Assembly (NCBI GenBank): GCA_964057225.1
Contig: OZ059899.1
Coordinates: forward strand, 4,650,001-4,714,000
DNA from: Auanema rhodensis
Taxonomy: Eukaryota; Animalia; Nematoda
Direction: 5' to 3'
DNA length: 64,000 bases
How positions within the stretch are numbered: the stretch's first letter is position 1; each line of letters opens with the position of its first letter. Shown here piece after piece: positions 27,201 to 39,399 of the stretch. The notes under the pieces were generated by a model that saw only the letters and a program-made list of their open reading frames with translations, was not told the origin of the DNA and ran no database searches. The position numbers and the translations under genes were made by a program.

Positions 27201-30200
27201 ACATGCAAACTCAACATACACTAATGCATCATTTTTCAAACGATCATAACTGATTTTTGTATTAAGCGTTTCTCAATGTAGTATAGTGCATTCGATGCGG
27301 ATTTTTAAGCTGCGTCGATCTGTGTTATCAGATTTGCGCTAGCTTAAAAATGCACCGAGATATCAACTGATATAAGTTCACACTTATATCCTCGATTTTC
27401 ACCCTGAAGAATCAATTTTATCGTTGAATAACATTGTCCATCGTCTTTGCCTTGAAAGAAGAAATCTAAAAACATCTACTTTTTGCTAAATTATTTTGAA
27501 ATTTTTCGAAAAAATTTTTGTCAAAATGTTTTTGGAAGCAATGTTGAGTGTACATGGAAACTCAACATACACTAATGCATCATTTTTCAAACGATCATAA
27601 CTAATTTTTGTATTAAGCGTTTCTCAATGTAGTATAGTGCATTCGATGCGGATTTTTAAGCTGCGTCGATCTGTGTTATCAGATTTGCGCTAGCTTAAAA
27701 ATGCACCGAGATATCAACTGATATAAGTTCACACTTATATCTTCGATTTTCACCCTGAAGAATTAATTTTTTCGTTGAATAACATTGTCCATCGTCTTCG
27801 CCTTGAAAAAAGGAATCTAGAAGCATCTACTTTTTGCTAAATTATTTTGAAATTTTTCGAAAAAATTTTTGTCAAAATGTTTTTGGAAGCAATGTTGAGT
27901 GTACATGGAAACTCAACATACACTAATGCATCATTTTTCAAACGATCATAACTGATTTTTGTATTAAGCGTTTCTCAATGTAGTATAGTGCATTCGATGC
28001 GGATTTTTAAGCTGCGTCGATCTGTGTTATCAGATTTGCGCTAGCTTAAAAATGCACCGAGATATCAACTGATATAATTTCACACATATATCCTCGATTT
28101 TCACCCTGAAGAATCAATTTTTTCGTTGAATAACATTGTCCATCGTCTTTGCCTTGAAAAAAGAAATCTAAAAACATCTACTTTTTGCTAAATTAGTTTG
28201 AAATTTTTCGAAGAAATTTTTGTCAAAATGTTTTTGGAAGCAATGTTGAGTGTACATGGAAACTCAACATACACTAATGCATCATTTTTCAAACGATCAT
28301 AACTGATTTTTGTATCAAGCGTTTCTCAATGTAGTATAGTGCATTCGATGCGGATTTTTAAGCTGCGTCGATCTGTGTTATCAGATTTGCGCTAGCTTAA
28401 AAATGCACCGAGATATCAACTGATATAAGTTCACACTTATATCCTCGATTTTCACCCTGAAGAATCAATTTTTTCGTTGAATAACATTGTCCATCGTCTT
28501 TGCCTTGAAAAAAGAAATCTAAAAACATCTACTTTTTGCTAAATTATTTTAAAATTTTTCGAAAAAATTTTTGTCAAAATGTTTTTGGAAGCAATGTTGA
28601 GTGTACATGGAAACTCAACATACACTAATGCATCATTTTTCAAACGATCATAACTGATTTTTGTATTAAGCGTTTCTCAATGTAGTATAGTGCATTCGAT
28701 GCGGATTTTTAAGCTGCGTCGATCTGTGTTATCAGATTTGCGCTAGCTTAAAAATGCACCGAGATATCAATTGATATAAGTTCACACATATATCCTCGAT
28801 TTTTACCCTGAAGAATGAATTTTTTCGTTGAATAACATTGTCCATCGTCTTTGCCTTGAAAAAAGGAATCTAAAAACATCTACTTTTTGCTAAATTATTT
28901 TGAAATTTTTCGAAAAAATTTTTGTCAAAATGTTTTTGGAAGCAATCTTGAGTGTACATGGAAACTCAACATACACTAATGCATCATTTTTCAAACGATC
29001 ATAACTGATTTTTGTATTAAGCGTTTCTCAATGTAGTATAGTGCATTCGATGCGGATTTTTAAGCTGCGTCGATCTGTGTTATCAGATTTGCGCTAGCTT
29101 AAAAATGCACCGAGATATCAACTGATATAAGTTCACACTTATATCCTCGATTTTCACCCTGAAGAATGAATTTTTTCGTTGAATAACATTGTCCATCGTC
29201 TTTGCCTTGAAAAAAGGAATCTAAAAACATCTACTTTTTGCTAAATTATTTTGAAATTTTTCGAAAAAATTTTTGTCAAATTGTTTTTGGAAGCAATGTT
29301 GAGTCTACATGGAAACTCAACATACACTAATGCATCATTTTTCAAACGATCATAACTAATTTTTGTATTAAGCGTTTCTCAATGTAGTATAGTGCATTCG
29401 ATGCGGATTTTTAAGCTGCGTCGATCTGTGTTATCAGATTTGCGCTAGCTTAAAAATGCACCGAGATATCAACTGATATAAGTTCACACTTATATCTTCG
29501 ATTTTCACCCTGAAGAATTAATTTTTTCGTTGAATAACATTGTCCATCGTCTTCGCCTTGAAAAAAGGAATCTAGAAGCATCTACTTTTTGCTAAATTAT
29601 TTTGAAATTTTTCGAAAAAATTTTTGTCAAAATGTTTTTGGAAGCAATGTTGAGTGTACATGGAAACTCAACATACACTAATGCATCATTTTTCAAACGA
29701 TCATAACTGATTTTTGTATTAAGCGTTTCTCAATGTAGTATAGTGCATTCGATGCGGATTTTTAAGCTGCGTCGATCTGTGTTATCAGATTTGCGCTAGC
29801 TTAAAAATGCACCGAGATATCAACTGATATAAGTTCACACATATATCCTCGATTTTCACCCTGAAGAATCAATTTTTTCGTTGAATAACATTGTCCATCG
29901 TCTTTGCCTTGAAAAAAGAAATCTAAAAACATCTACTTTTTGCTAAATTAGTTTGAAATTTTTCGAAAAAATTTTTGTCAAAATGTTTTTGGAAGCAATG
30001 TTGAGTGTACATGGAAACTCAACATACACTAATGCATCATTTTTCAAACGATCATAACTGATTTTTGTATTAAGCGTTTCTCAATGTAGTATAGTGCATT
30101 CGATGCGGATTTTTAAGCTGCGTCGATCTGTGTTATCAGATTTGCGCCAGCTTAAAAATGCACCGAGATATCAACTGATATAAGTTCACACTTATATCCT

Positions 30201-32955
30201 CGATTTTCACCCTGAAGAATCAATTTTTTCGTTGAATAACATTGTCCATCGTCTTTGCCTTGAAAAAAGGAATCTAAAAACATCTACTTTTTGCTAAATT
30301 ATTTTGAAATTTTTCGAAAAAATTTTTGTCAAAATGTTTTTGGAAGCAATGTTGAGTCTACATGGAAACTCAACATACACTAATGCATCATTTTTCAAAC
30401 GATCATAACTAATTTTTGTATTAAGCGTTTCTCAATGTAGTATAGTGCATTCGATGCGGATTTTTAAGCTGCGTCGATCTGTGTTATCAGATTTGCGCTA
30501 GCTTAAAAATGCACCGAGATATCAACTGATATAAGTTCACACATATATCCTCGATTTTCACCCTGAAGAATGAATTTTTTCGTTGAATAACATTGTCCAT
30601 CGTCTTTGCCTTGAAAAAAGGAATCTAAAAACATCTACTTTTTGCTAAATTATTTTGAAATTTTTCGAAAAAATTTTTGTCAAAATGTTTTTGGAAGCAA
30701 TGTTGAGTCTACATGGAAACTCAACATACACTAATGCATCATTTTTCAAACGATCATAACTAATTTTTGTATTAAGCGTTTCTCAATGTAGTATAGTGCA
30801 TTCGATGCGGATTTTTAAGCTGCGTCGATCTGTGTTATCAGATTTGCGCTAGCTTAAAAATGCACCGAGATATCAACTGATATAAGTTCACACTTATATC
30901 TTCGATTTTCACCCTGAAGAATTAATTTTTTCGTTGAATAACATTGTCCATCGTCTTCGCCTTGAAAAAAGGAATCTAGAAGCATCTACTTTTTGCTAAA
31001 TTATTTTGAAATTTTTCGAAAAAATTTTTGTCAAAATGTTTTTGGAAGCAATGTTGAGTGTACATGGAAACTCAACATACACTAATGCATCATTTTTCAA
31101 ACGATCATAACTGATTTTTGTATTAAGCGTTTCTCAATGTAGTATAGTGCATTCGATGCGGATTTTTAAGCTGCGTCGATCTGTGTTATCAGATTTGCGC
31201 TAGCTTAAAAATGCACCGAGATATCAACTGATATAAGTTCACACATATATCCTCGATTTTCACCCTGAAGAATGAATTTTTTCGTTGAATAACATTGTCC
31301 ATCGTCTTTGCCTTGAAAAAAGGAATCTAAAAACATCTACTTTTTGCTAAATTATTTTGAAATTTTTCGAAAAAATTTTTGTCAAAATGTTTTTGGAAGC
31401 AATGTTGAGTCTACATGGAAACTCAACATACACTAATGCATCATTTTTCAAACGATCATAACTAATTTTTGTATTAAGCGTTTCTCAATGTAGTATAGTG
31501 CATTCGATGCGGATTTTTAAGCTGCGTCGATCTGTGTTATCAGATTTGCGCTAGCTTAAAAATGCACCGAGATATCAACTGATATAAGTTCACACTTATA
31601 TCTTCGATTTTCACCCTGAAGAATTAATTTTTTCGTTGAATAACATTGTCCATCGTCTTCGCCTTGAAAAAAGGAATCTAGAAGCATCTACTTTTTGCTA
31701 AATTATTTTGAAATTTTTCGAAAAAATTTTTGTCAAAATGTTTTTGGAAGCAATGTTGAGTGTACATGGAAACTCAACATACACTAATGCATCATTTTTC
31801 AAACGATCATAACTGATTTTTGTATTAAGCGTTTCTCAATGTAGTATAGTGCATTCGATGCGGATTTTTAAGCTGCGTCGATCTGTGTTATCAGATTTGC
31901 GCTAGCTTAAAAATGCACCGAGATATCAACTGATATAAGTTCACACATATATCCTCGATTTTCACCCTGAAGAATCAATTTTTTCGTTGAATAACATTGT
32001 CCATCGTCTTTGCCTTGAAAAAAGAAATCTAAAAACATCTACTTTTTGCTAAATTAGTTTGAAATTTTTCGAAGAAATTTTTGTCAAAATGTTTTTGGAA
32101 GCAATGTTGAGTGTACATGGAAACTCAACATACACTAATGCATCATTTTTCAAACGATCATAACTGATTTTTGTATCAAGCGTTTCTCAATGTAGTATAG
32201 TGCATTCGATGCGGATTTTTAAGCTGCGTCGATCTGTGTTATCAGATTTGCGCTAGCTTAAAAATGCACCGAGATATCAACTGATATAAGTTCACACTTA
32301 TATCCTCGATTTTCACCCTGAAGAATTAATTTTTTCGTTGAATAACATTGTCCATCGTCTTTGCCTTGAAAAAAGGAATCTAGAAGCATCTACTTTTTGC
32401 TAAATTATTTTGAAATTTTTCGAAAAAATTTTTGTCAAAATGTTTTTGGAAGCAATGTTGAGTGTACATGGAAACTCAACATACACTAATGCATCATTTT
32501 TCAAACGATCATAACTGATTTTTGTATTAAGCGTTTCTCAATGTAGTATAGTGCATTCGATGCGGATTTTTAAGCTGCGTCGATCTGTGTTATCAGATTT
32601 GCGCCAGCTTAAAAATGCACCGAGATATCAACTGATATAAGTTCACACTTATATCCTCGATTTTCACCCTGAAGAATCAATTTTTTCGTTGAATAACATT
32701 GTCCATCGTCTTTGCCTTGAAAAAAAAAATCTAAAAACATCTACTTTTTGCTAAATAATTTTAAAATTTTTCGAAAAAATTTTTGTCAAAATGTTTTTGG
32801 AAGCAATGTTGAGTGTACATGGAAACTCAACATACACTAATGCATCATTTTTCAAACGATCATAACTGATTTTTGTATTAAGCGTTTCTCAATGTAGTAT
32901 AGTGCATTCGATGCGGATTTTTAAGCTGCGTCGATCTGTGTTATCAGATTTGCGC
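18223..32955 (+). repeat. Tandem duplication of a 21-monomer (7370-bp) block
   Basis: Rare variants recur exactly 7370 bp apart: A9+CACCT 19385/26755, GATATAATTT 20701/28071, AAATTGTTTTT 21911/29281, CTAAATAATTTTAAA 25381/32751. Confidence 0.92.
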
Positions 32956-35000
32956 TAGCTTAAAAATGCACCGAGATATCAATTGATATAAGTTCACACA
33001 TATATCCTCGATTTTTACCCTGAAGAATGAATTTTTTCGTTGAATAACATTGTCCATCGTCTTTGCCTTGAAAAAAGGAATCTAAAAACATCTACTTTTC
33101 GCTAAATTATTTTGAAATTTTTCGAAAAAATTTTTGTCAAAATGTTTTTGGAAGCAATCTTGAGTGTACATGGAAACTCAACATACACTAATGCATCATT
33201 TTTCAAACGATCATAACTGATTTTTGTATTAAGCGTTTCTCAATGTAGAATAGTGCATTCGATGCGGATTTTTAAGCTGCGTCGATCTGTGTTATCAGAT
33301 TTGCGCTAGCTTAAAAATGCACCGAGATATCAACTGATATAAGTTCACACTTATATCCTCGATTTTCACCCTGAAGAATGAATTTTTTCGTTGAATAACA
33401 TTGTCCATCGTCTTTGCCTTGAAAAAAGGAATCTAAAAACATCTACTTTTTGCTAAATTATTTTGAAATTTTTCGAAAAAATTTTTGTCAAAATGTTTTT
33501 GGAAGCAATGTTGAGTCTACATGGAAACTCAACATACACTAATGCATCATTTTTCAAACGATCATAACTGATTTTTGTATTAAGCGTTTCTCAATGTAGT
33601 ATAGTGCATTCGATGCGGATTTTTAAGCTGCGTCGATCTGTGTTATCAGATTTGCGCTAGCTTAAAAATGCACCGAGATATCAACTGATATAAGTTCACA
33701 CTTATATTCTCGATTTTCACCCTGAAGAATTAATTTTTTCGTTGAATAACATTGTCCATCGTCTTTGCCTTGAAAAAAGAAATCTAAAAACATCTACTTT
33801 TTGCTAAATTATTTTGAAATTTTTCGAAAAAATTTTTGTCAAAATGTTTTTGGAAGCAATGTTGAGTGTACATGGAAACTCAACATACACTAATGCATCA
33901 TTTTTCAAACGATCATAACTGATTTTTGTATTAAGCGTTTCTCAATGTAGTATAGTGCATTCGATGCGGATTTTTAAGCTGCGTCGATCTGTGTTATCAG
34001 ATTTGCGCTAGCTTGAAAATGCACCGAGATATCAACTGATATAAGTTCACACATATATCCTCGATTTTCACCCTGAAGAATTAATTTTTTCGTTGAATAA
34101 CATTGTCCATCGTCTTTGCCTTGAAAAAAGAAATCTAAAAACATCTACTTTTTGCTAAATTATTTTGAAATTTTTCGAAAAAATTTTTGTCAAAATGTTT
34201 TTGGAAGCAATGTTGAGTGTACATGGAAACTCAACATACACTAATGCATCATTTTTCATACGATCATAACTGATTTTTGTATTAAGCGTTTCTCAATGTA
34301 GTATAGTGCATTCGATGCGGATTTTTAAGCTGCGTCGATCTGTGTTATCAGATTTGCGCTAGCTTAAAAATGCACCGAGATATCAACTGATATAAGTTCA
34401 CACTTATATCCTCGATTTTCACCCTGAAGAATTAATTTTTTCGTTGAATAATATTGTCCATCGTCTTTGCCTTGAAAAAAGGAATCTAAAAACATCTACT
34501 TTTTGCTAAATTATTTTGAAATTTTTCGAAAAATTTTTTGTCAAAATGTTTTTGGAAGCAATGTTGAGTGTACATGGAAACTCAACATACACTAATGCAT
34601 CATTTTTCAAACGATCATAACTGATTTTTGTATTAAGCGTTTCTCAATGTAGTATAGTGCATTCGATGCGGATTTTTAAGCTGCGTCGATCCGTGTTATC
34701 AGATTTGCGCTAGCTTAAAAATGCACCGAGATATCAACTGATATAAGTTCACACTTATATCCTCGATTTTCACCCTGAAGAATTAATTTTTTCGTTGAAT
34801 AATATTGTCCATCGTCTTTGCCTTGAAAAAAGGAATCTAAAAACATCTACTTTTTGCTAAATTATTTTGAAATTTTTCGAAAAAATTTTTGTCAAAATGT
34901 TTTTGGAAGCAATGTTGAGTGTACATGGAAACTCAACATACACTAATGCATCATTTTTCAAACGATCATAACTAATTTTTGTATTAAGCGTTTCTCAATG

Positions 35001-35035
35001 TAGTATAGTGCGATTTTTTTTTTTTCGAAAAATTT
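35001..35035. other. Inversion junction between oppositely oriented satellite arms
   Basis: TAGTATAGTGC|G|A-T12-CGAAAAATTT. The forward monomer stops at monomer position 272 (35011). The reverse monomer begins at about monomer position 147, with its T6 run extended to T12 (35014-35025). Confidence 0.97.
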
Positions 35036-38000
35036 TAAAATAATTTAGCAAAAAGTAGATGTTTTTAGATTCCTTTTTTCAAGGCAAAGACGATGGACAA
35101 TGTTATTCAACGAAAAAATTAATTCTTCAGGGTGAAAATCGAGGATATGAGTGTGAACTTATATCAGTTGATATCTCGGTGCATTTTTAAGCTAGCGCAA
35201 ATCTGATAACACAGATCGACGCAGCTTAAAAAACCGCATCGAATGCACTATACTACATTTAGAAACGCTTAATACAAAAATAAGTTATGATCGTTTGAAA
35301 AATGATGCATTAGTGTATGTTGAGTTTCCATGTACACTCAACATTGCTTCCAAAAACATTTTGACAAAAATTTTTTCGAAAAATTTCAAAATAATTTAGC
35401 AAAAAGTAGATGTTTTTAGATTCCTTTTTTCAAGGCAAAGACGATGGACAATGTTATTCAACGAAAAAATTAATTCTTCAGGGTGAAAATCGAGGATATA
35501 AGTGTGAACTTATATCAGTTGATATCTCGGTGCATTTTTAAGCTAGCGCAAATCTGATAACACAGATCGACGCAGCTTAAAAATCCGCATCGAATGCACT
35601 ATACTACATTGAGAAACTCTTAATACAAAAATCAGTTATGATCGTTTGAAAAATGATGCATTAGTGTATGTTGAGTTTCCATGTACACTCAACATTGCTT
35701 CCAAAAACATTTTGACAAAAATTTTTTCGAAAAATTTCAAAATAATTTAGCAAAAAGTAGATGTTTTTAGATTCCTTTTTTCAAGGCAAAGACGATGGAC
35801 AATGTTATTCAACGAAAAAATTAATTCTTCAGGGTGAAAATCGAGGATATAAGTGTGAACTTATATCAGTTGATATCTCGGTGCATTTTTAAGCTAGCGG
35901 AAATCTGATAACACGGATCGACGCAGCTTAAAAATCCGCATCGAATGCACTATACTACATTGAGAAACGCTTAATACAAAAATAAGTTATGATCGTTTGA
36001 AAAATGATGCATTAGTGTATGTTGAGTTTCCATGTACACTCAACATTGCTTCCAAAAACATTTTGACAAAAATTTTTTCGAAAATTTTCAAAATAATTTA
36101 GCAAAAAGTAGATGTTTTTAGATTCCTTTTTTCAAGGCAAAGACGATGGACAATGTTATTCAACGAAAAAATTAATTCTTCAGGGTGAAAATCGAGGATA
36201 TAAGTGTGAACTTATATCAGTTGATATCTCGGTGCATTTTTAAGCTAGCGCAAATCTGATAACACAGATCGACGCAGCTTAAAAATCCGCATCGAATGCA
36301 CTATACTTCATTGAGAAACTCTTAATACAAAAATCAGTTATGATCGTTTGAAAAATGATGCATTAGTGTATGTTGAGTTTCCATGTACACTCAACATTGC
36401 TTCCAAAAACATTTTGACAAAAATTTTTTCGAAAAATTTCAAAATAATTTAGCGAAAAGTAGATGTTTTTAGATTCCTTTTTTCAAGGCAAAGACGATGG
36501 ACAATGTTATTCAACGAAAAAATTAATTCTTCAGGGTGAAAATCGAGGATATAAGTGTGAACTTATATCAGTTGATATCTCGGTGCATTTTTAAGCTAGC
36601 GGAAATCTGATAACACGGATCGACGCAGCTTAAAAATCCGCATCGAATGCACTATACTACATTGAGAAACGCTTAATACAAAAATAAGTTATGATCGTTT
36701 GAAAAATGATGCATTAGTGTATGTTGAGTTTCCATGTACACTCAACATTGCTTCCAAAAACATTTTGACAAAAATTTTTTCGAAAATTTTCAAAATAATT
36801 TAGCAAAAAGTAGATGTTTTTAGATTCCTTTTTTCAAGGCAAAGACGATGGACAATGTTATTCAACGAAAAAATTAATTCTTCAGGGTGAAAATCGAGGA
36901 TATAAGTGTGAACTTATATCAGTTGATATCTCGGTGCATTTTTAAGCTAGCGCAAATCTGATAACACAGATCGACGCAGCTTAAAAATCCGCATCGAATG
37001 CACTATACTACATTGAGGAACGCTTAATACAAAAATAAGTTATGATCGTTTGAAAAATGATGCATTAGTGTATGTTGAGTTTCCATGTACACTCAACATT
37101 GCTTCCAAAAACATTTTGACAAAAATTTTTTCGAAAAATTTCAAAATAATTTAGCAAAAAGTAGATGTTTTTAGATTCCTTTTTTCAAGGCAAAGACGAT
37201 GGACAATGTTATTCAACGAAAAAATTAATTCTTCAGGGTGAAAATCGAGGATATAAGTGTGAACTTATATCAGTTGATATCTCGGTGCATTTTTAAGCTA
37301 GCGCAAATCTGATAACACGGATCGACACAGCTTAAAAATCCGCATCGAATGCACTATACTACATTGAGAAACGCTTAATACAAAAATAAGTTATGATCGT
37401 TTGAAAAATGATGCATTAGTGTATGCTGAGTTTCCATGTACACTCAACATTGCTTCCAAAAACATTTTGACAAAAATTTTTTCGAAAATTTTCAAAATAA
37501 TTTAGCAAAAAGTAGATGTTTTTAGATTCCTTTTTTCAAGGCAAAGACGATGGACAATGTTATTCAACGAAAAAATTAATTCTTCAGGGTGAAAATCGAG
37601 GATATAAGTGTGAACTTATATCAGTTGATATCTCGGTGCATTTTTAAGCTAGCGCAAATCTGATAACACAGATCGACGCAGCTTAAAAATCCGCATCGAA
37701 TGCACTATACTACTTTGAGAAACTCTTAATACAAAAATCAGTTATGATCGTTTGAAAAATGATGCATTAGTGTATGTTGAGTTTCCATGTACACTCAACA
37801 TTGCTTCCAAAAACATTTTGACAAAAATTTTTTCGAAAAATTTCAAAATAATTTAGCAAAAAGTAGATGTTTTTAGATTCCTTTTTTCAAGGCAAAGACG
37901 ATGGACAATGTTATTCAACGAAAAAATTGATTCTTCAGGTTGAAAATCGAGGATATATGTGTGAACTTATATCAGTTGATATCTCGGTGCATTTTTAAGC

Positions 38001-39399
38001 TAGCGCAAATCTGATAACACAGATCGACGCAACTTAAAAATCCGCATCGAATGCACTATACTACATTGAGAAACGCTTAATACAAAAATAAGTTATGATC
38101 GTTTGAAAAATGATGCATTAGTGTATGTTGAGTTTCCATGTACACTCAACATTGCTTCCAAAAACATTTTGACAAAAATTTTTTCGAAAAATTTCAAAAT
38201 AATTTAGCAAAAAGTAGATGTTTTTAGATTCCTTTTTTCAAGGCAAAGACGATGGACAATGTTATTCAACGAAAAAATTAATTCTTCAGGGTGAAAATCG
38301 AGGATATAAGTGTGAACTTATATCAGTTGATATCTCGGTGCATTTTTAAGCTAGCGCAAATCTGATAACACAGATCGACGCAGCTTAAAAATCCGCATCG
38401 AATGCACTATACTACATTGAGAAACGCTTAATACAAAAATTAGTTATGATCGTTTGAAAAATGATGCATTAGTGTATGTTGAGTTTCCATGTACACTCAA
38501 CATTGCTTCCAAAAACATTTTGACAAAAATTTTTTCGAAAAATTTCAAAATAATTTAGCAAAAAGTAGATGTTTTTAGATTCCTTTTTTCAAGGCAAAGA
38601 TGATGGACAATGTTATTCAACGAAAAAATTAATTCTTCATTGTGAAAATCGAGGATATAAGTGTGAACTTATATCAGTTAATATCTCGGTGCATTTTTAA
38701 GCTAGCGCAAATCTGATAACACAGATCGACGCAGCTTAAAAATCCGCATCGAATGCACTATACTACATTGAGAAACGCTTAATACAAAAATTAGTTATGA
38801 TCGTTTGAAAAATGATGCATTAGTGTATGTTGAGTTTCCATGTACACTCAACATTGCTTCCAAAAACATTTTGACAAAAATTTTTTCGAAAAATTTCAAA
38901 ATAATTCAGCAAAAAGTAGATGTTTTTAGATTCCTTTTTTCAAGGCAAAGACGATGGACAATGTGATTCAACGAAAAAATTGATTCTTCAGGGTGAAAAT
39001 CGAGGATATGTGTGTGAACTTATATCAGTTGATATCTCGGTGCATTTTTAAGCTAGCGCAAATCTGATAACACAGATCGACGCAGCTTAAAAATCCGCAT
39101 CGAATGCACTATACTACATTGAGAAACGCTTAATACAAAAATTAGTTATGATCGTTTGAAAAATGATGCATTAGTGTATGTTGAGTTTCCATGTACACTC
39201 AACATTGCTTCCAAAAACATTTTGACAAAAATTTTTTCGAAAAATTTCGAAATAATTTAGCAAAAAGTAGATGTTTTTAGATTCCTTTTTTCAAGGCAAA
39301 GACGATGGACAATGTTATTCAACGAAAAAATTAATTCTTCATTGTGAAAATCGAGGATATAAGTGTGAACTTATATCAGTTAATATCTCGGTGCATTTT

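Larger units (their letters stand above)
1..35011 (+). repeat. 351-bp AT-rich tandem satellite array, forward arm (~99.8 monomers; continues beyond the left edge of the window)
   Basis: GATATAAGTTCACAC recurs at 1, 352, 703 ... 34740. 34740-1 = 99x351-10, which matches the ten 1-bp-deletion monomers seen: five TTTTCCTAATT variants at ~819, 2222, 3274, 4677, 5729 and five A9 variants at ~10963, 12015, 16226, 19385, 26755. The last monomer is truncated at monomer position 272. Confidence 0.99.

Noticed and set aside
35012-35025. T12 as a retroelement poly(A) tail or transposon footprint
   Set aside because: There is no element body or target-site duplication. The run is contiguous with the monomer's own T6.
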